Origin: Rhodothermales bacterium
GTDB lineage: Bacteria; Bacteroidota; Rhodothermia; Rhodothermales; DASSAV01
Reading direction: 5' to 3'
DNA length: 64,000 bases
NCBI GenBank assembly: GCA_041690215.1
Contig: JAWLHQ010000005.1
Span: 234,349-298,348, forward strand
This document shows, piece by piece, positions 20,537-30,404 of the stretch; the first letter of the stretch is position 1, and each line of letters begins with the position of its first letter. The position numbers and the translations under genes are program-made. Below the pieces are notes generated by a model that saw nothing but the letters and a program-made list of their open reading frames with translations, ran no database searches and had not been told where the DNA came from.

Positions 20537-23500
20537 TCAGAAGTAGAGCTTTACACCGAAGAAGATGTCGCGCTTCTCGATGAAGAGGAAGTTGTAGAAG
20601 CCCGGCAGGTCGATGTCGTCTCCCTTCCAGTCACCCGGACGGTACTTGCCTGTCGTCTTCCCATCTTTCTCCACCTTGAGGCCGAGAGACTCCATGTAGG
20701 CCCTGAACTCCTGCTTGAAGAACTCATTGTCGTCCCAGACCCAGTTGTCATGGATATCCGCGGTCCCCTGCTGCGTCATGTTGCGTTTATTGAAGACGTT
20801 GCTCACGTCTATGTAGAACAGGCTGGAGAAGCGGCCCTGCCGGAAGAGATCCTTCGAGAAACGCAGGTCCCAGCGGGAGTAGGGACGCCAGCGGACGTTG
20901 TTCTCGATGAGAGGTAATTGCTCGGGATTCCACGTGAACTGCTTGCCGCGCTGCCACGTGTAGAGCAGGTTCACGTTGATACCGCCTAACAATGAGAACG
21001 ACTCGTTCCCCGGCCCGAATCGATCCGGCGTGTGGAAGTCTATGTTCGCCTTGATGACGGGCCGCACGTCGGCATCAGATACCTGCGACGAGACGAACCG
21101 CGGCTGGCGCGTCGGATCTTCGTAGAACTGATCGTACCCGAACTCGCCCTCGGTTTCGACTCGGTAGTCGAAGCTCGTCCAGCCGCTTACGAAAGGAACC
21201 GTATTCCGGCGCAGTTCGAGGAGTGCCTCGAAGCCGCGCACGTCCTTGAACCGCTGGTTCGTACGGGTGGTGTAACTCGCCCCGCCGAAATTGATCGGGA
21301 AAAACTGGGTGTTGTCGTACTCGTTGTTGATGTCGCGGTAATAGCCCGTCAGCCGGAGGTTCATCCGGTTGAACAGGTTGTGTTCGTACCCAAGTTCGTA
21401 CGCGATCGTCCGGGAAGGCTCGAGATCAGGGTTGCCAATGTTGTTGACCCGGAACTGAGCGTTCCGCTGCCGTTGCACCCGGTACATGTCCAGCGCGTTC
21501 GGCCACTGGTAGGCATGCCCGTAGTTGAAGAAGATCTTGGCGACGGTCGTGATCGGGTGCGAAATCCCGATACGCGGGCTGAGAACCACGTGCGTGCGCC
21601 GCTTTGACGGGATCGCGTCGAACTCATCCGCCCGCCCGCCGAGCAGGAACTCGGAGTAGGGCCCGCCCTCCGGATCGTTCGGGTCACCTGCGATGAGCGC
21701 GGGGAATTTCGCCGTATTCAGCCAGTCGGCTCGGACCCCCAGGTTTGCCACGAGTCCTTTGAATTCCAGCTTGTTCTGCACGTAAAATGCACCCATCCAG
21801 GGGGTCGCATTTGATGCTGTCGAGTCGCCGCCGTTGACCGAAGGGTCAATCGCGTTGTACATCTGGAATACTTTCAGACGCTCGACTTCGAATCCAGCCT
21901 TCACCTGGTTGAACCGGTTTACCTGGCTCGTCACACTGCCCCAGAGCCTGGATTGCCGTGAATAGGTTTCGTTCTGGCGGATATTGCACGAGGACATACG
22001 GAAGACGCCGCTCTCGTCACGGAACTGGTCCGGCATGTATCCCCAGGGAGCTTCGTCGTAATAGTAGTCGCCGATCTTGATCTTGGCCCAGTCACGCCAG
22101 TTCTCCCAACCGACTACCCCCTGAGCCGCAAGTGCATCCGCTTCTTGCTCCGTACCGATGAGGCCTTCGAGACGGCTCGTGAGGCCCCACGGGGACCCCG
22201 GAACCGGCGCGGTATTGCGGACTTCCTGGAGCATCTCGTAGTCGGCGCGGGAATGCGAGAAGTCCAGCTGGAAGAACGTGTTGGCCGAGACCGTATGTGT
22301 GATCGTACCGCCGTAAATCTGTCGTGTCTGCTGGCCCGGTACGGCGCAATGCAAGTACCACATCTTGTTCATGGCACCGTCGATCGAACGGAACGGGTTG
22401 CTTGAAATGAACCCGTCGATGGACGGTCCCTGTCCGCCGTCACCCCCCTCCTGCCGGGCATAGAAGCCGTGCAGGTTCAACCGCGTCTTGGGTGTGATAT
22501 TCGTGGTGATACGGGCGCGGAACGAGTTATCCGTATAGGCGCGGTTGACCGTACGCGGATTGTACTCGGTCTGCTGCCGGTCATACGAAACGAAAAATTT
22601 GACGGAGTTCAAGAGCGGAACCGGTCCTCCCAGGGTGAATCCCGCCGTATAGTCGGGCAGCGTTCCGTACTCGTGGATGGCATCGTCCATGCTCACGTCA
22701 TACCCCATCTCGCGCAGTTTCTTGATGGAGTCACGCGAGCGGTGCCGCCACAGATAGCGCGCATACAGTTCCTGCGCGCTCTGCTCCAGTTCGGCCTGCG
22801 TCCATTTACCATCTTTGACGCCGTCCTTGAGGTCTACATAGTGTGGACCTGCGAGCCCCTCGTTCTCAGCGTTCGCGTAGAACCCCTTCCATCCGGCTTC
22901 GAAAAACGGATTCGGAATCCGTTCGCCATTCGCATCGAGCTTGTACGTCACTCCGTCCGGCTCCATCAGATAGCCCGTGAAAGCGCCCATCGTAGGATCG
23001 ACGAACGGCTGAACGACCGGGGAATCGTGGCTGAACAGCATCGGGCCGAAGTGCTTGATGCCCGGTGCGCTGTAGCTGAAGTTGATGGAGCCGGAGTAGA
23101 CGTCACCTCCCTCCTTCGTAGCCACGTTGACGACGCCCGTCTGTAAATTGCCATACTCCGCCGCGAAACCACCCGTCTGGATCTTGACCTCCTCAACCGC
23201 GTCGAGGTTGACCTTGAAGTAGGGCCGGTTCGTCAGCGCATCCCCCTGAGACACACCATCCACGATGAACAGGGCCTCATCGAACGCACCGCCCCGGATA
23301 CCCGGACGATCCTCATAGGCGCTGATCGAGTTCACGCCGACCGTCGTCCCGACTACGCTCGTGACATTCTGAAACCGCCCGGCCTGAATTTCCTCCGCAC
23401 TGATATTGCGCTGCGTACCGGATATGTCCTGCTGAATGATCGGCGCATCGGCGATGACGACGACCTCATCCAGTCCGACGGTTTCCTCTCCGAGCGAGAA

Positions 23501-23794
23501 GTTCACCTCTGTGGTTAGGTCGATATCGACATTCACCCCCTGGATGACCTGAGGCGCGTACCCTATGAATGACGCACGCAATGCGTACGTACCTGGACGA
23601 ACGTTCAGGATGTTATAGTACCCGTCCAGGTCGGTTATCGAACCCTGTGTCGTACCGTCGATTACGACGCTCACTCCCGGCAATCCCTCGCCGGACTCGG
23701 CATCCGTAACCCTACCGGCAATCTTGCCTACCTGTGCCATGGCCGAAGCCGGTATCAACAGGGTCAACAAGGCCAGTAACTGTACTCTTCTCAT
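20537..23794 (-). CDS. TonB-dependent outer-membrane receptor with N-terminal carboxypeptidase-regulatory-like domain
   Basis: 1085 aa. Signal peptide. GKIAGRVTDAESGEGLPGVSVVIDGT...GYYNILNVRPGTYALRASFIGY is a CarboxypepD_reg-like segment. Plug-like segment follows. C-terminal ...FFGVKLYF beta-barrel terminus. Confidence 0.9.
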   Translation of the reverse strand: MRRVQLLALLTLLIPASAMAQVGKIAGRVTDAESGEGLPGVSVVIDGTTQGSITDLDGYYNILNVRPGTYALRASFIGYAPQVIQGVNVDIDLTTEVNFSLGEETVGLDEVVVIADAPIIQQDISGTQRNISAEEIQAGRFQNVTSVVGTTVGVNSISAYEDRPGIRGGAFDEALFIVDGVSQGDALTNRPYFKVNLDAVEEVKIQTGGFAAEYGNLQTGVVNVATKEGGDVYSGSINFSYSAPGIKHFGPMLFSHDSPVVQPFVDPTMGAFTGYLMEPDGVTYKLDANGERIPNPFFEAGWKGFYANAENEGLAGPHYVDLKDGVKDGKWTQAELEQSAQELYARYLWRHRSRDSIKKLREMGYDVSMDDAIHEYGTLPDYTAGFTLGGPVPLLNSVKFFVSYDRQQTEYNPRTVNRAYTDNSFRARITTNITPKTRLNLHGFYARQEGGDGGQGPSIDGFISSNPFRSIDGAMNKMWYLHCAVPGQQTRQIYGGTITHTVSANTFFQLDFSHSRADYEMLQEVRNTAPVPGSPWGLTSRLEGLIGTEQEADALAAQGVVGWENWRDWAKIKIGDYYYDEAPWGYMPDQFRDESGVFRMSSCNIRQNETYSRQSRLWGSVTSQVNRFNQVKAGFEVERLKVFQMYNAIDPSVNGGDSTASNATPWMGAFYVQNKLEFKGLVANLGVRADWLNTAKFPALIAGDPNDPEGGPYSEFLLGGRADEFDAIPSKRRTHVVLSPRIGISHPITTVAKIFFNYGHAYQWPNALDMYRVQRQRNAQFRVNNIGNPDLEPSRTIAYELGYEHNLFNRMNLRLTGYYRDINNEYDNTQFFPINFGGASYTTRTNQRFKDVRGFEALLELRRNTVPFVSGWTSFDYRVETEGEFGYDQFYEDPTRQPRFVSSQVSDADVRPVIKANIDFHTPDRFGPGNESFSLLGGINVNLLYTWQRGKQFTWNPEQLPLIENNVRWRPYSRWDLRFSKDLFRQGRFSSLFYIDVSNVFNKRNMTQQGTADIHDNWVWDDNEFFKQEFRAYMESLGLKVEKDGKTTGKYRPGDWKGDDIDLPGFYNFLFIEKRDIFFGVKLYF

Positions 23795-24312
23795 GGAATG
23801 GCCCTCCTTGATTAGTACGTCTGCCCTTCACTCCACCCCATCCAGGCACGTTGGGGACGGAGTTATGGCGTATGTTTGCTACCGAAACGAGCACAGAAAG
23901 CGCTTCCTGACAGGCCGCCTTTCAGCAGCACAGGGAAAGGCTGTACCCATGCCCACATCTCGTGCAGGGATAATCAGGTACGCGGCTGATGTCTACTATC
24001 CTGGCGCCCTGCCCTTCTCCTTCAGATCAGCGGTGAGTCGCAAGTGGGTGATCGCTCACCGCCTACCGGGCGGGCGTAAACGTCCGTCTATGAAAGGTGC
24101 CGCCCAGGGAGCCCCAGAAGCCGTTCCGGTGTGTCTCCTGTGTGGCACGAGCGTTCTATTTCAAGGTGGGGCGGCCCAAGTTAACGCTTAAGGAGAAGAA
24201 CGGAGCGGCAGGCGGTCACGGTGAGAACGGGATCATCCTGCAGCACCTCTCATCGTCACGACCTGAAATGCCGGGGGACGGCACCTCGTGACAGGCTTGG
24301 GACGCAAAGGCG

Positions 24313-24341
24313 ATTCTACAAAACCGCCACACGCATGTCAA
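24313..24341 (-). promoter_or_regulatory. candidate sigma-70-type promoter (TTGACA-N17-TAGAAT) facing the TonB-receptor operon
   Basis: On the minus strand, TTGACA (24341-24336), a 17-nt spacer and TAGAAT (24318-24313). It is not known whether this organism uses this consensus. Confidence 0.35.
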
Positions 24342-24371
24342 GGCAATTTCACGGTGCCTTGACATGCGTGT
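24329..24371. promoter_or_regulatory. perfect 17-bp inverted repeat overlapping the candidate -35 box (possible operator)
   Basis: ACACGCATGTCAAGGCA (24329-24345), a 9-nt spacer, then TGCCTTGACATGCGTGT (24355-24371). Confidence 0.55.
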
Positions 24372-24486
24372 CTAGAATTACACGGAGATCATTTTCCACA
24401 AACCCAAAAAAACGGCCTCCAGAATAACTTCTGCGCGGATGTAGAAAAAAAGCTTGCCAGATCTGCCCCTGAACCCACCACACCTG

Positions 24487-24600
24487 CCCGGAAACCTGTT
24501 CAGCACCCTCAAACAGATCAATCCGGCCAATTTCCGGCCCCAACCCTCCCCCGACAACGTCACGCCCCGCCCAGAGCCAGGCAGCGCACAGCCTGAAGAA
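24487..24600 (+). repeat. degenerate copy of the modular intergenic repeat family
   Basis: CTCAAACAGATCAATCCGGCC...CCCTCCCCCGACAACGTCACGCCCC...GCCAGGCAGCGCACAGCCTGAAG aligns with modules a, b and the CCAGGCAGC core of the other copies. Confidence 0.45.
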
Positions 24601-24830
24601 CCTCTCTCAAACTCACTATGACCGCTGAGGAGCGTCAGTCATCCTAGAATGAGCGGGCCTGAGGGCACATGTATACTGCTCCGTAATCGGGCGCCATCCC
24701 GAGCGCGGCCGGGGACACGAGGCGAAACCGACTGTCGGAGAAATCCCACAAAAGAGCACCACGATCAGGATCAATCTCTTCGCCCAGCATGACACATGAC
24801 GAACATACCAGATGCCCCGGACGCACTCGT

Positions 24831-25949
24831 CTACTGGGCCGCCTCCGCAAACGCCGCGTAGTCTGTCTCGATCACCTCAGGCGCAGCCACTCCGGTGTAG
24901 ATGATGATGCGGTGTTTGAACGTCGTGGACTCACCGGCAGCAAGGCTGAAGTTCAATTCCTCCTTCCCACCACTCAGGTCCTTTTGCCCGAGTGGGTTGG
25001 CCGCAAAGAGCCCGTAACCGCGGGCATGCCAGTACGTGGGGAATCCGGGATTCTCGGGGTTATCCAGAATCACGACGCTCACAGAGTCCCCCTCCAGGAC
25101 GCCGGATAGCCGCATCCACCGTCCTCGCGTTCCCCAGACGTCCTCTCCCTCGATGCCCTCACTGCTGAGGTAGTGGCCCGTCACGCCCTCGTTGTTCAGA
25201 ACCGCGACCTCCGTCGGCTTGCCGCTGGCATCCGTAAAGATCTCTGGCTTCGTGGCGGGATGCTCCAGCGCACGCGTCACCCGAAGGCCGAGGACCCCTT
25301 CCTTATTGTCCTTCAGGCTCACGGGCTCATCGAGCGCTGTCAGCGTAGTAATCCGGTCGATAGCTCGTTTACCATCTTCGTAGGCGCGGAAAACATAACG
25401 CGTATTCTCCTCAAGCAGCACGTCTCCGCTCGGGTTGACCCACTCGGCTGAAACCTCCAACACACCCTGCCCCTCTCCGCCTTCGGCGGTATTGATCATG
25501 GTATGCCGGATCGTACCCATCTTGGCAACACGATCCCCAGTGATCGCGTCCGAGTTATTCCAGAAGTCGAATCCGTTCACGTCCCCGTAATTGAACCACA
25601 GGCCGATGTGATGCGGGTGGTCCGTCCGTTCGCCTGCCTTCTGCTCAAACGGGTAGCCGCGCGTAATGGCTTTCCCGTTCGCCGTCAGGATCGGATACAG
25701 CACCGGCTTCTTCAGAACCGGAAGGGCGTCCGTGTAGAGATAGGATGTGAACGGCTGCCCGCCGACAAACACATCCACACGCTTCTCTGCATCGTTCCGA
25801 ACCAGCTCGACTCTCCGGGCACCGGCCTCCGACGGCGCCGCGTCGCCCTCTCCGGGGACATCGGACTGGCAGGCTGCGATCCCTGCAGTAACGGCTGCGA
25901 CAACAGCCAGCGAACACGCGTTGCGAATACCGGTCTTTAAGCTGATCAT
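24831..25949 (-). CDS. DUF6807/PmoA-family protein (secreted)
   Basis: Lipoprotein-like signal ...AGIAAC. TDHPHHIGLWFNYGDVNGFDFW and YWHARGYGLFAANPLG are signature segments of this family. Confidence 0.85.
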   Translation of the reverse strand: MISLKTGIRNACSLAVVAAVTAGIAACQSDVPGEGDAAPSEAGARRVELVRNDAEKRVDVFVGGQPFTSYLYTDALPVLKKPVLYPILTANGKAITRGYPFEQKAGERTDHPHHIGLWFNYGDVNGFDFWNNSDAITGDRVAKMGTIRHTMINTAEGGEGQGVLEVSAEWVNPSGDVLLEENTRYVFRAYEDGKRAIDRITTLTALDEPVSLKDNKEGVLGLRVTRALEHPATKPEIFTDASGKPTEVAVLNNEGVTGHYLSSEGIEGEDVWGTRGRWMRLSGVLEGDSVSVVILDNPENPGFPTYWHARGYGLFAANPLGQKDLSGGKEELNFSLAAGESTTFKHRIIIYTGVAAPEVIETDYAAFAEAAQ

Positions 25950-26037
25950 AGGTTACTCGGTTCAGTGTGACGGTTCGTAAAAGCACGGCAGGCCGTGCCG
26001 CTGCGTTCGTTCGAGTCCGGAAGTTCACCCGATCGCA

Positions 26038-27381
26038 TCAGGCAACGACGACCTCCTGCTGCTCATCGTCGAACGTGATGCGTTTGCCGGTTTGGATGGC
26101 TGCGATGTTCATGATGAGCGCGATTGAGTGATTGTAGGCCGCCCGGACATCCGCGTTGGGCGTCTTGCGGCTCCGAATGCATTCCATCCAGTTGCGAACG
26201 TTGGCCGAGGTCGCGTCATCCACGCCAGTATTCGCCGCCGTTTCCATACCGCCTGCCGCGGCCAGCTTCATCTCGGAAAGCAAATTGGCCTGCATACCCA
26301 TCGCCTTTGCGTGGTTCTCCTGCAGACCACCTTCCGCCGAGATCGTGTTCGTGTCCAGGTTAAGGGTGCCGCCATTCGAATAGTAGATCTCTTTTACGCC
26401 GCCCGCCGAGTTCGTCATCCGCGACGAATAGGTTACCTGGAATCCTTTGTTCGGATTGTCGAACGGGCCGTAATCGAACACGGCTGTCATGGTATCCCAG
26501 TTGCGCCGTCCGTCGTTCCAGAGGTAGATCCCTCCGTTGGCGACGACGCTCCTGGGCCGCGGTAGACCGGTGAACCAGTGTACGGTATCGATCTGATGAA
26601 CCAGCCACTGGTCTGGAATACCGGACGAGTAGGGCCAGAATAGGCGGAATTCAAGGTACTTCCGCGGGTCCCACTCCTCATAGGGACGATTCATCAGGTA
26701 ACGGTTCCAGTCCGTATCCTCCTTCCGGATCGCAGCCACTTCCCTCGGCCGGCGCCAGCGCCCCGGCTGGTTGACGTTCCACGTCATCTCGACCGCCACG
26801 AGATCGCCGAACTGGCCGGACTTAATGTACTCGTTCGCGAGCTGATAATTGCGTGCGCTCCGCCGCTGCGTACCGACCGCAAACACCCGGTCGCTACCCT
26901 CTACCGTTTTCAGCCCCAACCGCGCATCATCGATGGTATTCGCCCAGGGCTTCTCCGAATAGACGTCCTGCCCCGCATTGATGGCTTCTACGGTGTGAAG
27001 CGCATGCTGAAAGTCCGCCGTACTGATAATGACCGCATCGGTCATTCCGGAGTCGTACAACTCCTCGTTGTTCCGGTAAGGCGTAACCTTGCCGCCTGTT
27101 TTTTCCGATATGGCCGCGGCTCCCTCCTCACGGCGCTTGTTCCAGATGTCGGAGACCGCCACGATCTCCATGTTCAGCTCACTGCTATGCTTAAGGAATG
27201 CGGGAATCAACGAGCCGCGCGCCCGGTCGGAGTACCCCACGATCCCCACACGCACACGGTCGTTCGCGCCGATGATGCGCGCGTAGCTGTACGCGGGCAT
27301 GCTCATGGCGATTCCGGCCCCGGCCGCGCCAGCAGCCGCCTTCTTGATGAAATCCCTTCGTGAGCTCGTGTCATTCAGCAT
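26038..27381 (-). CDS. Tat-exported Gfo/Idh/MocA family oxidoreductase
   Basis: Twin-arginine signal SRRDFIKKAAAGAAGAGIAM. Rossmann start VRVGIVGYSDRA. Confidence 0.9.
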   Translation of the reverse strand: MLNDTSSRRDFIKKAAAGAAGAGIAMSMPAYSYARIIGANDRVRVGIVGYSDRARGSLIPAFLKHSSELNMEIVAVSDIWNKRREEGAAAISEKTGGKVTPYRNNEELYDSGMTDAVIISTADFQHALHTVEAINAGQDVYSEKPWANTIDDARLGLKTVEGSDRVFAVGTQRRSARNYQLANEYIKSGQFGDLVAVEMTWNVNQPGRWRRPREVAAIRKEDTDWNRYLMNRPYEEWDPRKYLEFRLFWPYSSGIPDQWLVHQIDTVHWFTGLPRPRSVVANGGIYLWNDGRRNWDTMTAVFDYGPFDNPNKGFQVTYSSRMTNSAGGVKEIYYSNGGTLNLDTNTISAEGGLQENHAKAMGMQANLLSEMKLAAAGGMETAANTGVDDATSANVRNWMECIRSRKTPNADVRAAYNHSIALIMNIAAIQTGKRITFDDEQQEVVVA

Positions 27382-27521
27382 GGCAGCCTCCTTAAGCGTT
27401 TAAGTAAAGAACCTGTCTTATCTCCGCATCACGTATACCTCCTCCGTTGTCTCATCTGAGCTGCCCGAACAGCAGACCGCCCGTTTGAAGGCGGTCTGCT
27501 GTTCGCGGCTGGTAGTCAAAC

Positions 27522-28928
27522 TCACGATAGCAGCTTCATACCGTCCGGATCCCAGGCATACGGACGCCTGGTCTCATAGCTCAGGTTTGCCAGGAGTGGC
27601 GGCGCCGCGGCGCGATAGCCGAACACCGGACCCTCCACGACCGGCTTACCCTCACGGATTCCTGCAAAAAAGTCAGCGAAGTGGTCCAGACGGTCGTCGT
27701 ATCCCTGCGGTACCCTGTATTCGATGCTCTCGTCCAACTCGGCAGGCGGACTCGTCGGATGCTCGCGGCGATACTGCTCCACGAACTGCCGCTGCACCTC
27801 TTCCGAGAACGTGAAGACCGAGTTGTAACCTTCGACCAGTTGCTGCTCTGTCGGCGGGCGCATGGGACGGCGTGACAGGCGGAGCGTACCACCTTCGATG
27901 CTCATCGCCCCCTCGTCTCCAATGAACCGGAAGACCGTCCCGCCTCCACCACCATGAGCGAAGTTCGTCTGCAATGCCAGGGTAAAGTCCGGATGCTTAT
28001 CCGTTTCCGGGTACTGGTACAAACCCAGCATGACATCCGGAGCGTCCCGGCCATCCTTCCATTTGCGGATCCCCCCCACCGCATAGATCTCGGTCGGGCC
28101 CTTCGCACTGATGGCACGGTGGATACCCGTGAACAGGTGAACGAAAAGGTCTCCGGCCACACCCGTTCCATAGTCCGAATAATTGCGCCACCGGAAGAAA
28201 CGTACGGCGTCGAACGGACGCTTCGGCGCGTTCCCCAGGAACGTATCCCAATCGACGGTCTCGGGCGACGCATCGGGCGGAATCGAGTATTGCCAGGCCC
28301 CGAGCGATGAATTCCGGTTATACGAGGCCTCGATCATGTTCAGCCGTCCGATGGCTCCGGCCTCGAACAGTTCCTGCGCCTTGGCGAAGATGAGCGAGCT
28401 TGCGAACTGGCTTCCCACCTGGAGCACGCGGCCCGTCCGTTCCTGCGCGGCAATCACCTCCGGGCCCTCCTCTACCCGGTGCACCATCGGCTTCTCGAGG
28501 TACACGTGCTTGCCTGCTTCCATCGCATCTACCGCGATCTGCTTATGCCAGTGATCCGGCGTGGCTACGATGACCGCATCGATATCCGGCCGGGCCAGAA
28601 TCTCCCGGTAATCGCGCGTCGTGAAGATGTGATCGCCGTAAACCTCCTTAACCCGTACGAGCCGGCTGTCGTAAAGGTCGGCAGCCGCGACGAACTCGAC
28701 GCCGGGCACCCGCAGAGCCGTATTGACATCGCTGTACGCGATGATACCCATTCCGATGGACGCAATCCGAATCCGATCGTTCGGAGAAACCGGCTTGAGC
28801 GGTTCCGCTGTCAACAGTTGAGTCCGGCTGCCCGCCAGCGCGGAGGTTGCGAATCCTGCAGCTACCGTGGAACTAGCTGCCAGCTTGAGAAAGGAGCGTC
28901 GCGATGTACTTCTGCCTGCCATCTGCAA
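27522..28928 (-). CDS. Tat-exported Gfo/Idh/MocA family oxidoreductase
   Basis: SRRSFLKLAASSTVAAGFA Tat signal. IRIASIGMGIIAYSD Rossmann start. EKPM motif. Confidence 0.9.
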   Translation of the reverse strand: MQMAGRSTSRRSFLKLAASSTVAAGFATSALAGSRTQLLTAEPLKPVSPNDRIRIASIGMGIIAYSDVNTALRVPGVEFVAAADLYDSRLVRVKEVYGDHIFTTRDYREILARPDIDAVIVATPDHWHKQIAVDAMEAGKHVYLEKPMVHRVEEGPEVIAAQERTGRVLQVGSQFASSLIFAKAQELFEAGAIGRLNMIEASYNRNSSLGAWQYSIPPDASPETVDWDTFLGNAPKRPFDAVRFFRWRNYSDYGTGVAGDLFVHLFTGIHRAISAKGPTEIYAVGGIRKWKDGRDAPDVMLGLYQYPETDKHPDFTLALQTNFAHGGGGGTVFRFIGDEGAMSIEGGTLRLSRRPMRPPTEQQLVEGYNSVFTFSEEVQRQFVEQYRREHPTSPPAELDESIEYRVPQGYDDRLDHFADFFAGIREGKPVVEGPVFGYRAAAPPLLANLSYETRRPYAWDPDGMKLLS

Positions 28929-29057
28929 GGAACCCTTAGATTGTTAAGGTGCAACAACATTGCGGTAGAAAGCCCTGCCATAAACGGGCGTCTCTACACG
29001 GATGCTTCAATAAACAACGTTCACACGGTAGTCACAAGCCCGGCCTGCCATTTCCGG

Positions 29058-30386
29058 CTAAAGCGCCCAGGACGTCCGGTATTCTGAAATCAACAAAGCC
29101 TCTGCCTCGGGCAGATCGACGGCAACTTCCCGCTCTCCGTCCCACTGAATCTGCCGCCCGAGGCGGTACGCCACGTTCCCGAGCATCGCCGTACTGCTCG
29201 ACCGGTGGCCGATCTCGATATCGCAAATCGGCTTCTCTCGGGATTTCACGGAGTCCAGGAAGTTGGCGATGTGTTTACTGCCGTCGTTGCCTTCGTTCTT
29301 CAGTTCCAGCGGCTCCAGGCTGCTCCCCTTCTCCGGCATTAACTTGAGCACGCTGCGGTCGACGAACAGCGTCCCGTTCGTCCCGTGAAACATGATGCCG
29401 TAGCCGTGCCCCTCCATCGGGAAACCGTTATCCTGGCGATTCTCGTAGGTCGCAACGAACGTCGGATACTGGTATGTAGCCACGATAGTATCCGGCGTGT
29501 CGCGGTTGTCCTGGAGATAAAACTTGCCGCCCACGGCCGCAACCGACGTAGGATAGTCGACCTCCATGGCCCACTGCACGATATCGAGCAGGTGAACCCC
29601 CCAGTCCGTCATCATGCCTCCGGCATAATCCCAGAAATAGCGCCACGTTGCCCACCGCGTGAAGTTGCCTTCGGCATCGACCGCAACACCGAACCGGTTG
29701 GCATTGTAGGGCACACGTGGAGCCGGTCCGAGCCACATCTCCCAGTCCAGCCCTGCAGGCGGCGCGCCGTCCGGCGGATTGCCAATCCCTGCCGGATACT
29801 CGTTGCCATAATTCCAGGTACGGACAAAGCTGATCGGGCCCAGCTTGCCGCTTCGCACGATATCCACGGCGTTCTGAAATACGAAGCTGGAACGCTGCTG
29901 CGTGCCAACCTGCACGATGCGGTTGTTTTTCCGCGCCGCCTCGACCATCTGGCGTCCCTCGGAAACCCGTACCGCCGTGGGCTTCTCGACGTAGACGTCC
30001 TTCCCGGCTTCGGTCGCAAGGATGGTGTTCAGCGCGTGCCAGTGATCCGGAGTCACGACAAAGACCGCGTCCACTTCGGGCCGTTCGAGCAGCCGTCGGA
30101 AATCCGTATACGTCTGTGCGTCCGGAGCCCGCTGGGCCGCCCAACGCAGATTGGGCTCGTAGACGTCCGACAGCGCAACCACCTGCGCCGTCGCCGCATG
30201 ATCTTGCAGGAGCCGTTGCAAGTGCCCGCGCGCCTGTCGGCCCATCCCGATGATTCCGATCCCGATCCGCTCATTGGACCCGAGAATACGGGCATAACTC
30301 GATGCGGGCATACCGACCGCAGCCCCGGCCAACCCGGCCGCAACAGTCTTGACGAAATCCCGGCGCGTAGCAACTGAGATCGACAT
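29058..30386 (-). CDS. Tat-exported Gfo/Idh/MocA family oxidoreductase
   Basis: TRRDFVKTVAAGLAGAAVGM Tat signal. IGIGIIGMGRQARGH Rossmann start. VYVEKP motif. Confidence 0.9.
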   Translation of the reverse strand: MSISVATRRDFVKTVAAGLAGAAVGMPASSYARILGSNERIGIGIIGMGRQARGHLQRLLQDHAATAQVVALSDVYEPNLRWAAQRAPDAQTYTDFRRLLERPEVDAVFVVTPDHWHALNTILATEAGKDVYVEKPTAVRVSEGRQMVEAARKNNRIVQVGTQQRSSFVFQNAVDIVRSGKLGPISFVRTWNYGNEYPAGIGNPPDGAPPAGLDWEMWLGPAPRVPYNANRFGVAVDAEGNFTRWATWRYFWDYAGGMMTDWGVHLLDIVQWAMEVDYPTSVAAVGGKFYLQDNRDTPDTIVATYQYPTFVATYENRQDNGFPMEGHGYGIMFHGTNGTLFVDRSVLKLMPEKGSSLEPLELKNEGNDGSKHIANFLDSVKSREKPICDIEIGHRSSSTAMLGNVAYRLGRQIQWDGEREVAVDLPEAEALLISEYRTSWAL

Positions 30387-30404
30387 GACGCGGCCCTCCG
30401 GTGG

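Noticed and set aside
23795-24312. Possible cobalamin or TPP riboswitch in the long leader of the TonB-dependent receptor. On the minus strand, GCCACACAGGAGACACACCGGAACGGC and ACCTGATTATCCCTGC vaguely resemble B12-box and TPP elements.
   Set aside because: The conserved cores I know (GCCACTG with GGGAAGGC for B12; CTGAGA with ACCTGATCTGGATAATGCCAGCG for TPP) are not actually present. The receptor is also not BtuB-like in size or architecture.
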